DNA of 64,000 nt from a virus. The translations under genes were made by a program, and so were the position numbers. The notes below the pieces were generated by a model. It searched no databases. It saw nothing but the letters and a program-made list of their open reading frames with translations, and was not told where the DNA came from. This document shows, piece by piece, positions 48,267-58,326 of the stretch (within the stretch, counting starts at the first letter, position 1; each line of letters opens with the position of its first letter). The DNA lies in IMG/VR virus record IMGVR_UViG_3300044691_000429, positions 1-64,000 of that record. The stretch is one strand, 5' to 3'.

Positions 48267-48602
48267 TTACTGCGGCAGCGGCACGCCCGCGTGTTCCTCG
48301 GCCATGTGGTCGAGGCCGCATTCCCGGGCCTCCCGCTCGTTGCTGCCGTAGGTCATCTCGGCGGCCAGCCACCGGTCGCAGTGGGGGCACCAGTAGTCGT
48401 AGGCATCAGGGCCGTGCTCAGGCTGGGGCCGCACGCGGATGGTGTCCAACCGCGCCTGGTGGCGCTGGTCGATGTCGCGCATCAACTCACCGGCCAGGTT
48501 GCGGCGCTTGGGGCCGAACGGGACGTCCTGGAACGCGAGAGACGGCGACGCCAGGAAGCCGGTTCGGTGCGCGATCCGCTTGAGTGTCCAGCGAAGGGTC
48601 AT
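48267..48602 (-). CDS. Hypothetical protein
   Basis: MTLRWTLKR...WCPHC. Confidence 0.5.
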   Translation of the reverse strand: MTLRWTLKRIAHRTGFLASPSLAFQDVPFGPKRRNLAGELMRDIDQRHQARLDTIRVRPQPEHGPDAYDYWCPHCDRWLAAEMTYGSNEREARECGLDHMAEEHAGVPLPQ

Positions 48603-48702
48603 CCCCCCATCATCCCCTCCACCGGACGCGCGCGGGCCCCCGCCGCGGTGACGGCAGGGGCCCGGGGGGATCGGTTCTCCTCTTCGGGAATGCGGACCCC
48701 GC

Positions 48703-48909
48703 CTAGTCGATGAAGCGGAACGCGGCGAAGGCGGTGTGACGCGGGTGGGCGGTGGCGGCGCAGATCCGGTCGGCTTCGTCGACGTCGCCCCGATTGACGG
48801 CAGCGGCGGCACGCTTGGCGGCGTCCCAGTCGACGGGGTTGTCCAGGTCGATCGGCTCGACCTCGCGGGCGGTGGGCTTGCGGCAGAGCAGCGAGCGGAG
48901 CAGGGACAC
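48703..48909 (-). CDS. Hypothetical protein
   Basis: AGGAG RBS. Confidence 0.6.
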   Translation of the reverse strand: MSLLRSLLCRKPTAREVEPIDLDNPVDWDAAKRAAAAVNRGDVDEADRICAATAHPRHTAFAAFRFID

Positions 48910-48918
48910 GGCGGTCTC

Positions 48919-49182
48919 CTATCGGTCGGGAGTCTGGTACGCACGGACGGCGTAGACCGGCGGCATCCGGGGCGGGTCGGCGGGTTCGGCGGGTTCGAGG
49001 TGTTGGTCGCCGAAGACGTGCAGTCCGCTCACCCGGTCGTGCCAGGTGAGCCCGGCGACGATGTTCATGCCGTTCTCGTGCTCCCACACGGTGCCGGTGC
49101 GGCCGATCAATTGGCGGTGCTTGTGGGGCGGGACGAGGTGGTCGACGGACAGGACGGTCACGCGGGAACCGGAGGGGTACAT
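48919..49182 (-). CDS. Hypothetical protein
   Basis: AGGAGG RBS. Confidence 0.6.
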   Translation of the reverse strand: MYPSGSRVTVLSVDHLVPPHKHRQLIGRTGTVWEHENGMNIVAGLTWHDRVSGLHVFGDQHLEPAEPADPPRMPPVYAVRAYQTPDR

Positions 49183-49493
49183 GGGTGCCTCCTATGCAGG
49201 TCGGGTGGGATGAGTGCCCCTGGTCACCAGATGGCGGCGAGGCGGGCGTGGGCGCCGCATCCGGTGCAGGTCGTGGCGGCGCGGTGGTTGCCCCAGTTGC
49301 AGCGGGCGCAGTCCCAGCCCCGCAAGTCCGCGACAAGCCGGCCCCGGCGTGTTCGGCGGCTTCCTTCTCCAGGTCGGCCTTGCGGGGGGTGCCGCCGGTG
49401 TTGCAGCCGGAGCAAGACCAGCGTGAACCCAACGGCCCCGAGCGGACCGTGACCTTCTCGCCCATCTGGGTGGGCATGCTGAGGTTCACCGGG

Positions 49494-49682
49494 TCACGCC
49501 TCCTGCTTCTGGCCGTAGTAGCCGGAGCGGGGGTTGGTGGTGTCGGACAGGTGGACGCGGTACCCGTCGGTGGCCAGGACGAGCGGGTCGCTGGCGGTGC
49601 CGGGGTGGCCGCAGGCCGCGCAGGTGTTGCGCTGGCCTTTGTGGTCGCGGGCCTGCTGGGTGGTGTTGATGTAGCCAGCCAC
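49494..49682 (-). CDS. Small hypothetical protein
   Basis: AAGGAGG RBS. Confidence 0.55.
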   Translation of the reverse strand: MAGYINTTQQARDHKGQRNTCAACGHPGTASDPLVLATDGYRVHLSDTTNPRSGYYGQKQEA

Positions 49683-49685
49683 GGG

Positions 49686-49862
49686 TCAGCCCTCCTTGAT
49701 GACGTAGATGGCGCCGTTCGGGTCGATGGCGAGGACGGTGCCGCAGCCGCCGCACTCGTAGACCCGGTAGCCGTCTCGGCTGCCCTTGTGGGCCATGACC
49801 TCTTTGCAGCAGACAGGCGGGTCGTCGGTCATGCGGGAGTTGGTGACGGTTCGGGATGCCAT
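49686..49862 (-). CDS. Small Cys-containing hypothetical protein
   Basis: MASRTVTNSRMTDDPPVCC...YECGGCG; AGGAG RBS. Confidence 0.5.
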   Translation of the reverse strand: MASRTVTNSRMTDDPPVCCKEVMAHKGSRDGYRVYECGGCGTVLAIDPNGAIYVIKEG

Positions 49863-49864
49863 GG

Positions 49865-50059
49865 TCAGTTCTCCTGCTTCTCGCCGAGCCGGACTTCCAT
49901 GGAGGCGCGGCCGAGTTCGGCGATCTCGCTGCCGTCGGTGGTGCGAGTGGCGAAGCGTGCGTTGACCTCGGCGACGATGCGGTCGGTGGTCCTGATGTCG
50001 CCGCGCCGCTTGGCAGCGACGTACTCGCGGACGGAGTCGTGCTGGTAGTTGGTGGACAT
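49865..50059 (-). CDS. Small hypothetical protein
   Basis: AAAGGA RBS. Confidence 0.6.
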   Translation of the reverse strand: MSTNYQHDSVREYVAAKRRGDIRTTDRIVAEVNARFATRTTDGSEIAELGRASMEVRLGEKQEN

Positions 50060-50212
50060 GGGATTCCTTTCGATCTTGGTTGAGCCGGTCCGGGGCCGGT
50101 CGGGACCCGGTCGGTGGGGGTGTTTGCCCTAGTCTGTGCCCGGACGGAGGCCGGACGGGACTCGCAGCCAGCAGTTCTGGCGGCCAGCCCCCGGCCGGGC
50201 CGAACCCGGGTG

Positions 50213-52276
50213 CTACCCGGCCTGAGACCGGGTCCCGGCCGGGTCCATCAGCCCTGCGGCGGCCTGTTCGACCGCCGACCGCTCCCAGCCGCGGAGCCGG
50301 CCGTTGGCCTCGGTGTCCCGGCTGGCGGTCACGCCCGGCGCGTGCTTGCGGAGAATCCGGCCAAGGCGCTCCGAATCCATCTCGCCATACCCGGAGTTGT
50401 GGAGCGCGGGCAGCAGCGTCTCGGACGTCGGCAGGAAGTCGGCGGCGCCCAACTCGAACTCCCGCAACAGGATGGCGACCAGCCGTGCATCGTCCACTCC
50501 GCCCTGTGAGGCCAGGGCGTCAAGCCGGTCGGCGATAAGGTCGCCACGCCCGGACGTCGAGAGGTTCGCCCCGGAGCCGATCAGGGTGTCGGCGTCCATG
50601 CGGGGCCGGCCCGCCTTGAGACGCTCGGGCAGGGCGGCGGTGATCTGCGGGCGGGTGTACTGGTTGAACTGGTGGCGGATGGCCCGGGTCAGCGCGCCGC
50701 CCATGATCATGGCCTGGCCCGCGTCGTTCGCAACGGGGCCAACGGCGGGCTTCATGCGGTCCGGCCGCCAGCCGAGAGCGCCAGCACCCACACCGAACGC
50801 AATCTTGACGTCCTCGAAGCGGCAGGCCATCAGTATCCGGTAGGCGACGATCGCCGCGATGGCGTCACCGAGAGCGTCGGCTGTAGCCTCCTGACCGGCC
50901 ATGATGAGGTAGATGCCGTACTGGCGGCCCGTCCGCAGGATCTTGATCGCGGCGTCCTTGCCCTTGGCACTGAGCTGGATGAACTCGTCGATGTTGATGT
51001 ACAGGTTCGGGTGCTCCGGGGTGGCGTGCCACCGGTCGCCCATCCCCAGGGTGTGCATGAGCTTGCCGCGGGCGGACACGTAGGTCAGGGCCTCGTCCAG
51101 CGCTTCCTCGCACTCCTCGGGCCCCCTCGCCCGGCGGGCCATGAGGTCGCCGAACTCGGACAGCCCGCCCTTGATCGGGTCCAGGTCCCACACGACGGCG
51201 TCCCGGCACGCGGTCAGGGCCTCGTTGATGGTGCGCAGCGCTCCGAGGCTCTTGCCCGCGCCCATCGCTCCGATGATCAGAGCGCAGAACCCATCGAGGC
51301 TGAGTTCGAGGGTGCTCCCGTCCATGGTCCGGCCCATGTGGACCACATCGTGCACGGACAGGGAGTTCGGGGGCCGCACCGCGGGCTTCGGCATGTCCGC
51401 GAACGGGTTGGACGCGACGAGCCGCACGGTGACCCTGGACTTGTCGCGACTGTCCGGCTCGGGCATGAACCCGCCGTCGGGCAGGGCGAGATGCCCCTCG
51501 ATCTGGTCGGACGCGGCCATGACCTTGCCCGGGGTGGCGCCCTTGAGTTCCAGGGCGATCTCCCAGCCCCAGCCGCGGTAGCCGAGCACGTTGATCTGCC
51601 GGGCGCCGATGCCCTCGGCCTTGAGGGCGCGCTGGATGCAGGTCCGGACCTGCTCGCCGTCCTTGCACCAGGCCAGCGGGAACGGCTCGCCGTCGTCCAC
51701 CTCGGGCTCCGGGCCGGGTCCGATCGCGGTCGCGACCGGGGCGGCCTCCAGCGCCCGCCTGATGTTGATGCGCCGCCCGTACCCGGTGACGACAGCCCCG
51801 GCGATCGCGGTCTCGGCCGCGGGCGCCGCGAGGAACGCCTCCCCGGCGGGCATGCCCACACCCAGCACGAGGCCGAGGGATGCCGCAACGGTGAGGACGA
51901 CCCCGCCCCCGGCGGTGCCCGCGGCGGTGATCCACCGGCGGTGGCGCTCCTCGCGGATCTTGTCCCAGTCCGCATTGCTGCGGGGCTCCACGGACTCGAC
52001 GCGATCGGTCGCCCGCACGTACCGCCAGCCCGCGCGGGTCGTGCCGTGCAGACCCCGCCCGAGCCACCCTCCGCCGGTGCCTGCCGCGCGGGCGGTGTGG
52101 CCGAGGCCGCGCCCGGTCGCCCTAGCAGCGACCAGCGCGGCGGACTGGGTGGTGCGCGGCGCCGGCCGGGTGGTGGGCACGTCCGGCGCCGCGGGCTTCG
52201 CGGGGACGTAATCCGGCTTGAGGAAGTCCGGCACGTCGATGTCGGCGGCCGTGCGGGAGGAGCTGTCGATGGCCAT
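50213..52276 (-). CDS. traB: FtsK/SpoIIIE-family DNA translocase, TraB-like conjugative transfer protein
   Basis: N-terminal TM pair, GAMGAGKS Walker A, YINIDEF Walker B, RTGRQYGIYLIMAGQ. Confidence 0.8.
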   Translation of the reverse strand: MAIDSSSRTAADIDVPDFLKPDYVPAKPAAPDVPTTRPAPRTTQSAALVAARATGRGLGHTARAAGTGGGWLGRGLHGTTRAGWRYVRATDRVESVEPRSNADWDKIREERHRRWITAAGTAGGGVVLTVAASLGLVLGVGMPAGEAFLAAPAAETAIAGAVVTGYGRRINIRRALEAAPVATAIGPGPEPEVDDGEPFPLAWCKDGEQVRTCIQRALKAEGIGARQINVLGYRGWGWEIALELKGATPGKVMAASDQIEGHLALPDGGFMPEPDSRDKSRVTVRLVASNPFADMPKPAVRPPNSLSVHDVVHMGRTMDGSTLELSLDGFCALIIGAMGAGKSLGALRTINEALTACRDAVVWDLDPIKGGLSEFGDLMARRARGPEECEEALDEALTYVSARGKLMHTLGMGDRWHATPEHPNLYINIDEFIQLSAKGKDAAIKILRTGRQYGIYLIMAGQEATADALGDAIAAIVAYRILMACRFEDVKIAFGVGAGALGWRPDRMKPAVGPVANDAGQAMIMGGALTRAIRHQFNQYTRPQITAALPERLKAGRPRMDADTLIGSGANLSTSGRGDLIADRLDALASQGGVDDARLVAILLREFELGAADFLPTSETLLPALHNSGYGEMDSERLGRILRKHAPGVTASRDTEANGRLRGWERSAVEQAAAGLMDPAGTRSQAG

Positions 52277-52279
52277 GGG

Positions 52280-53623
52280 TCAGGCGTCCTTCGGAGTCGC
52301 GGTCTTGGCGGTTATGGCGGCCTGCTTGCGGGCGGCTTCAACGAACGGGGCGGTGTCCCCCGGGCGGCGTACTCCACGCACCGGAGGACCGGTAACCGAG
52401 CCCCTACGGCGAGTAGGGGGGACTTGCGGATTCACCTGCGCGTTGCCGATCTTCCACACGGTCTTGTCGGGGGCGTCCGCGCGGGCGTCGAGCATGCGTC
52501 GGGCAGCCGCGTTCCGGAGCTGCTGGGCCTCCGCGGAGTCGCCCGGGTCGGTGCCCTCGACGTCCTTGTGGGCCCGCCTCCAAACGGTCTCGGTGACGGT
52601 CGTTTCGCCGAGCGCGGCGGCCAGTTTGACGGCGTGCTCCCACACCTTCGGGTACAGCGTTTCGCGGTCCTTCGTGAGCTTCTCGAAGGCCGCCTTCGCC
52701 GCCTTCTCGGCGGCCTCCTTCTCGGCCTTCACAGCTGCCTCGCGGGCGGCCTTCTCGGCAGCAGCCCGCTTCTCCGTGCGCTCCTGATCCTTCCGCTCGC
52801 GACCCGTCAGGGCGCCGTCGCGCTTCCGGATCCGGCCGTGCTCGTGCAGGTCCCACACGCCGGGGCCGGCGACCGAGGCGAAGGCGGTAGCGAGAGCCGT
52901 CGCCATCCCGAAGTGCCCCAAACCGTGCGTCAGGTTGATGCCCGCAGCAACAAACGCCAGCGCCCACGCGATCAGGCGGTAGTGCCAGTGCGGCCGGTGG
53001 TCATCGACCGCTGCAGCAGCACCGCGGAGGACAACCCACGCGCCGCCTTCGAGGAAGAGCGGTGCGGCAACGAGCCAGGGTGCGGCAGGGTTCCAGAACG
53101 CGGATGCCTGCACCGGGAGCGCAACAACGGCGCACACGACGGCGAAGCCGAGGGCGGCACGCTTCCAGGAGGACGCGGACTTGCCGTGCTTGGCCTGCTG
53201 CTCGATGTCGGCCTGCCGCTGCGCTGCGGCTGCGAGGCGGCCGTCCTCGCGTGCCCGGTCGGCCTCATCTCGCTTGCGATTGGATTCGGCGATGCGCGCC
53301 TCACTGGCGGCGTCTTCCTCGCGGGCACGCCGGGCGGTCTTGTCGTTGGCGAGCTGCAGCCGACGGGCTTCCTCTGCCGCCCTGACCTTCTCGGCTTCGG
53401 CCTTGCCTTCGGCTTCGATCAGCAGGGCTGCGGCTTCGGCCTCGGCGCGGGTGCGGATGGCGGCGGCTTCGGCGGCGGCCACCAGGTCCACGGCCGGCCC
53501 AGCGGCGGGCGCCGGCTCGGGTGCGGTCTCGGGTTCGGCGATGCCGCCGATGCGGATGGGCGTGAACGGCTCCCATGTGGGCACGTGGGGCCGCGTGGTG
53601 CCGTTCAGGGTCTGGCCGGACAC
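52280..53623 (-). CDS. SpdB2/DUF2637-like multi-TM coiled-coil plasmid spread protein
   Basis: Coiled coil, four TM segments, AGINLTHG; adjacent to traB. Confidence 0.65.
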   Translation of the reverse strand: MSGQTLNGTTRPHVPTWEPFTPIRIGGIAEPETAPEPAPAAGPAVDLVAAAEAAAIRTRAEAEAAALLIEAEGKAEAEKVRAAEEARRLQLANDKTARRAREEDAASEARIAESNRKRDEADRAREDGRLAAAAQRQADIEQQAKHGKSASSWKRAALGFAVVCAVVALPVQASAFWNPAAPWLVAAPLFLEGGAWVVLRGAAAAVDDHRPHWHYRLIAWALAFVAAGINLTHGLGHFGMATALATAFASVAGPGVWDLHEHGRIRKRDGALTGRERKDQERTEKRAAAEKAAREAAVKAEKEAAEKAAKAAFEKLTKDRETLYPKVWEHAVKLAAALGETTVTETVWRRAHKDVEGTDPGDSAEAQQLRNAAARRMLDARADAPDKTVWKIGNAQVNPQVPPTRRRGSVTGPPVRGVRRPGDTAPFVEAARKQAAITAKTATPKDA

Positions 53624-53642
53624 GGTCGGGTCTCCTTCGGGG

Positions 53643-53921
53643 CTATCGGGTGGGCTGGTTGTAGGCGTCGCGGAACTCTTCGGCGAACGCGGCGGCGAGG
53701 ACGCCGATCCCGGTCTGCGACAGCGCCGGGTGCCCGGTGCGGGCGGCGAGCTGCTGCTCGGCGTGGACAGCGGCGGCGGTGGCCACGGTGACGATCACCC
53801 GCAGGGTGCGGAGGACCAGCACCAGCACCCCCAGCAGCAGTTGCGCGACGACCGCGAGGACCGCCAGCACCAGCCGCCGCCATGGGGTCGGGGCGCGGGC
53901 CACCAGGACGCGGGGCATCAG
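53643..53921 (-). CDS. Small membrane protein
   Basis: GGAGG RBS before MPRVLVAR; long hydrophobic helix. Confidence 0.55.
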   Translation of the reverse strand: MMPRVLVARAPTPWRRLVLAVLAVVAQLLLGVLVLVLRTLRVIVTVATAAAVHAEQQLAARTGHPALSQTGIGVLAAAFAEEFRDAYNQPTR

Positions 53922-54081
53922 GCGTACCTCCGGGGGGCTTTGCCGTCCCGCGCGGACACGGCCCAGGCGCTGGCCCATCGGCCGAGGTCGGGCAGGAGGA
54001 CGGTCGGCAGCTCCTGCTCGAACTGCTTGCGCACGGGCGCCGGGCAGGCGGCAATGAGCCCCAGAAGGTCAGACCAGCGCG

Positions 54082-54669
54082 TCATGACGCCCCCTTCGCT
54101 GCGGTACGGACCAGGCCGAGCGCCTGCTCCCCGGTGGCGCCCGGCATCTCGTTCCACCGCGGGTACGGCATCGTGATCCCCCGGCTGGCGAGGGCGCCCT
54201 GGATCTGCCGCCCCGCCTCGACCGCGGTGTGCTCGGTGCCGTAGCCGAGGGCGTGCACGGCCCGCTGCGCGCCGAGGATGCAGCGCCCACCGGTCGCAGT
54301 GCGGATCCGGCGGCCCGACTTGGCCCACCCCCACCGCTCCAGGACCAGCGCGGTCAGCTCCAGGTGCTCCGTGGTGGTGATCCGCGCCCGCTGCAGGCCC
54401 TCACCCCGACGGGGGCGGAGGACGAGCAGCCGGTCCGGCAGCACCCGCCACAACCCGCCGGGCAGCTGCGGGCCGGCCGGAGCCGACGGGGCGGGCTCGC
54501 TGCCGACCGCCAGCCGCACCAGGTCGGCCGTCGGCAGCGTCACGAGCCGGTGCGCGGTCCGCGTCGGATCCGTCAGCCACGCCACAGCCTCGGCCGCCAG
54601 CTCGTCGGCGACGCCGTCGAACAGGTCCAGGTCGGGCAGGCTCGGGATTGCGGTCGTCATGTCAGACAC
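54082..54669 (-). CDS. DUF6197-like protein
   Basis: VLERWGWAK...GGRCILGA...YPRWNE. Confidence 0.7.
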   Translation of the reverse strand: MSDMTTAIPSLPDLDLFDGVADELAAEAVAWLTDPTRTAHRLVTLPTADLVRLAVGSEPAPSAPAGPQLPGGLWRVLPDRLLVLRPRRGEGLQRARITTTEHLELTALVLERWGWAKSGRRIRTATGGRCILGAQRAVHALGYGTEHTAVEAGRQIQGALASRGITMPYPRWNEMPGATGEQALGLVRTAAKGAS

Positions 54670-55030
54670 CCGCCGGGGTGGCGTGGCTGATTACCTCGGC
54701 CGGGTCGGGGCCGAAGATGCCGGGCCGGTTGCGCAGTTCCTGGAACGTCATCAGGCCGCCGGGCTTCCGCTCGTGGATCGGGCCGTAGCCGAGCCACGCA
54801 CCGGCGGCGGTCATGTGGTCGCAGCGGGCCTCCTGGCCGATCCACCGGCCCGGCCGGCTGAACGTCCACTCCATGAGGGCCCGCTTCGGCGCCCCGGGGT
54901 ACTTCGCGTTGAGGTCCACCACGCTGTAGTAGGTGTGGCCGGGCTTGACGGTGGCGGCGAAGGTGGCGGCCTCCTTCTGGGCATTGCGACGCGCCACGGT
55001 CGCTGGCGCGATCAGGCTGAGCGGGTTCAC
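54662..55030 (-). CDS. Hypothetical protein
   Basis: AAGGAG RBS. Confidence 0.6.
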   Translation of the reverse strand: MNPLSLIAPATVARRNAQKEAATFAATVKPGHTYYSVVDLNAKYPGAPKRALMEWTFSRPGRWIGQEARCDHMTAAGAWLGYGPIHERKPGGLMTFQELRNRPGIFGPDPAEVISHATPAGV

Positions 55031-55114
55031 GGTGCTCCTTCGGTTGTGTGGCGGGCGGGGTGTCTGGCGGTTCTCCTCACCACCCAGCGCGGGGCTGGGT
55101 GGTGAGGGCAGGCG

Positions 55115-57823
55115 TCAGGCGGCGGGTCCTCGGCGCCACCGGGGAAGCGGCTTGGCGGCCTGGTTGGCGGCGGCGTTCAGCTCCAGGTATTCGGGCGTCT
55201 CGTCGCGGATACCGGCGCGCCTCTCGCGGGCGCTGTTCCGGTGCAGGGCGGCGTCGGCGGCCTTGGACGCCTTGACGTCCTCGGGGCGGCCGAGGATCTT
55301 GTCGCGGATGCTCATTGGGTTCCTTTCGGGTCGGGGTGCCGGGCCGGCCTGCGGAGGGGTGCTGGCCGGCCCGGCGGTCGGGGGGTCAGATCTCTTCGGC
55401 GGGGGCGCGTCCGGCTTCACGCTCGGGGCTGTCGTCGGTCGGCGTGGCCACGGTGGTCTCCTGGTCGTAGTCGTTGCGGGGGTAGAACGGCCGGTCGTGC
55501 TGCGGGCAGAGCAGGTGCGGGTCGTTGCAGGCGGCGACCGGATGGCCGGTCACGTCGGCCGGTCGGCCTGGGCCCGCTCCATCGCCTCGCCCATGTCGGT
55601 GGCGCGCTCGTCGGGCTCGGGCACGGGCGGCGGGGGGACGGACGCGGTGACCCGCCCGTTCGCGGCCAGGGCCTCGGCGGCTGCGGCGTGCTCGGAGGGG
55701 ACGGTCACGGTCACCACCAGCCCTTCTTCTTCGGCTTGGGCGGGGTGGCGATGGCTTCGTGGCGGGCGGCTTCGGCCAGGTGGCGGGCGGCCAGGTCCTG
55801 GTGCCGTCGGCCCTTCTTCGAGGCGTCGGCTGCCTTCTCCGGGTCGGAGTAGTCCTTGCCCTCGCGGCCGTAGACGTCGACAACCATCTGCTGCCGCTCG
55901 GCCTCGTCGTGGTGCTTGCCTGCGGCTTCACGGGCACGCTGCGCGGCGGCACCGGCCTGGCGGCGGACGTACTCGGCTTCGGGGGACTCCATGTCGCGGA
56001 ACTTGCGGCCCACGGTCACCACCCCCTCGTCTGTACGCCGCGCCGGTGCGCGGTCGGGTCGGTCAGGTCGGACGGGAGCGGCGGCAGGGTGACCGGCTTG
56101 GCGACGATCACGCGGGCGAGCGCCTCGTCCGCCTGGCTCCGCTGCTCGCGGGGCTCCGGGCGGGCGGTCACTTCGCACCCCCGACCGGGCAGACGTCGTC
56201 CGGGTTGGCGTGGGTGTGGTTGGCGCCGCTGCGGGCGGGCCGGGCGATCCACTGCTGCGGCCCGGCGACCGTGTCCGCCCAAGCGCGGGCCTCCGGCTCG
56301 CCGTTCGGCGGGGCACCGACCGGGAAGCCGACCAGCGTGTCGATCAGCCGGCCCCGGTAGCGGAGCTGCCACCCGTACACGACCCCGTGGAGCAGGCCCC
56401 ACATCAGGGTCAGGTCCGCGTTCGGGCAGAACCACGCCGGGGTGAACGGGGCCGCGGGGGAGGGCGCCCGCTGATCGGCCCCGTCCGCGGCGTCCAGCTC
56501 GGCGCACTCCCGGTACAGGTCCAGGAACGAGGTGCCGTCGGGGGTCTGCATCGCGCCGAGAACCTGTTCGATCTCCGCGTCGGTGGCGGGCCGGCCCTCG
56601 GGGCTGTCGCCGTCGTGGATGGTCGAGATCACGACTGCCTCCCGTTCCGGTCGTCGCGGGCGACGATGACGTCCAGGCAGCCGTCGGGAAGGCCCACCAC
56701 CCAGTCGAAGTCGGCGAGGGTGATGCCGTGACCGGCTGCGGCGGCGAGCATGTCCGTCAGCAGGGCGGTCGCTGCGGCGCGCTGCCCGTCGGTGGCCGGA
56801 GGGCCGTTGCGGTGCACGGCCGCGATACGGGCGGCGGGGTCCTGGGTCACGACTTCCTCCCGTGGGTGTGCGGCGCGGCGGTGATGGTCTCGGGGGTGTC
56901 CGTGTTGCGGCCGGCGTAATCGGCGGCCGCGGCCTCGACCGTCGCCGGCTCGGCGACGACCGTGGACGGCTGTGGCGGGGCGGGCGGCCGGTGGGTGGAC
57001 TCGGTCACGACTGCCCCCGCAGCTGCTCGGCCTGCTGGCGGGCGGCTTCGGCGAGACGCGAGGCCTCGGCGGCATCCGCGATGTGCTGCTGCGCGATGGC
57101 GTCCGCGGCCTGCTGCTCGGCGATGGCGCTCATGCCGCACCGCCCGACTCGGTCTCAGCCGTCTCGTCCACGCGGGGCCCGGTCAGGCGCCCCGTGAAAT
57201 CCAGGGCCGTGTACGCGGTGGCGCTGGTCGCGATCACGGCCAGAGTCACCGGAACACCGGGCTGGGCCGCCAGCACCGCAACCTGAGCCGTGGCGGCTGC
57301 CGTGGCCACCCAGCCCACCGTGCGGGCCAACGACGGGCGGTTCATGCCGCACCGCCCGGCGTCCGGCAGTCGCTGGCGTGGGCCTTGGCGTCGTCGCGGC
57401 AGTACGGCAGCACGCTGTAGCGCTGCTCGGCGTAGTGCCCGGCGGTGCACGTCCAGTCGTAGGGGATGCGGCTGCCCAGGATCGCCGTGACGGTGACCGT
57501 GGCACCGGACGGAGTCGGGTACGTCATGGGCCGACCGTCGGAGACAACGGGGACCGGCTCCGGCTGCGCCTTCATGCCGCCACCCACGCCTCGTACTCGG
57601 CGAGGCCCTGGCTGGTGGCGTCCCAGGCGGCCTCGATCTCCAGCCGCTGGACAGCGCTGGTCGCCCGCTCCAGCGCGGCCCGGCCCTTCGGCGACAGGTG
57701 CGAGGCCGACTCGTGGGCGGCCTGGTCGGCGGGGGACATCGGGACCGGCCGGTAGGACGCGGCGATACGGTCCGCGACGTGGGCGGGGAAGGTGGGCGGG
57801 GTGATCTTGCGGATACTCTGCAC
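55115..57823 (-). other. Run of about a dozen small, translationally coupled hypothetical genes (e.g. 55115-55315, 55711-56019, 56168-56632, 56629-56850, 57130-57345, 57342-57587, 57572-57823)
   Basis: Repeated GTGA/ATGA overlaps on the minus strand, as in AICE/plasmid spread operons. Confidence 0.6.
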
Positions 57824-57903
57824 TTCGGCTCCCGTTGGGCTTAGCGGCTTCGGGTGGTCATGGCCCCGGTCGGCGTTCGCAGCGCCGGTCGGGGTTTTTG
57901 CTG

Positions 57904-58149
57904 TTAGGCGGCGTCGTCGGCGGAAATCTGCGACGCCCGGAGGAACTCGGCCACGGCCGACTCGGGGATGCGCAGTCCGCGCTTCCGCAGTCGCCCTTCG
58001 CCGATCCGGTGGGCGCGGATGCGCCCGGAGTCGGCGAGGCGGTACACGGTGGACACGTGGACGTCGAGGCGGTCCGCGACCTGCTGCGCCCGCAGCAACG
58101 GCTCAGCAGTGGCGGGGGCCGTAGTCGGGGCAGTCGGGTCGTGGCACAC
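57904..58149 (-). CDS. Excisionase-like HTH_17 DNA-binding protein
   Basis: LLRAQQVADRLDVHVSTVYRLADSGRIRAHRIG...LRIPESAVAEFL; AGGAG RBS. Confidence 0.88.
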   Translation of the reverse strand: MCHDPTAPTTAPATAEPLLRAQQVADRLDVHVSTVYRLADSGRIRAHRIGEGRLRKRGLRIPESAVAEFLRASQISADDAA

Positions 58150-58186
58150 GGAATCTCCTAGGGCATGGGCAGCGGGGCGCACATCT

Positions 58187-58231
58187 TCTTCGAAGAGGCA
58201 CCTCTTCAGTGAAGCTGAGTTCTTCGAAGAA
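58187..58231. promoter_or_regulatory. Two TCTTCGAAGA palindromes upstream of xis/transfer operon
   Basis: 58187-58196 and 58220-58231; third copy at 59156-59167. Confidence 0.7.
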
Positions 58232-58326
58232 GGCAAGCTCTTCTAGCTCGCACAGCAGCAGGCCGCGTCGGACACGCAAAGAAGCCCCCCGCTGCCGAAG
58301 CAGCGAGGGGCGGAGGACTTCGCAGG

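Noticed and set aside
50672-53791. 1039-aa plus-strand ORF
   Set aside because: Antisense shadow of traB/spd genes; high-GC artefact with no motifs
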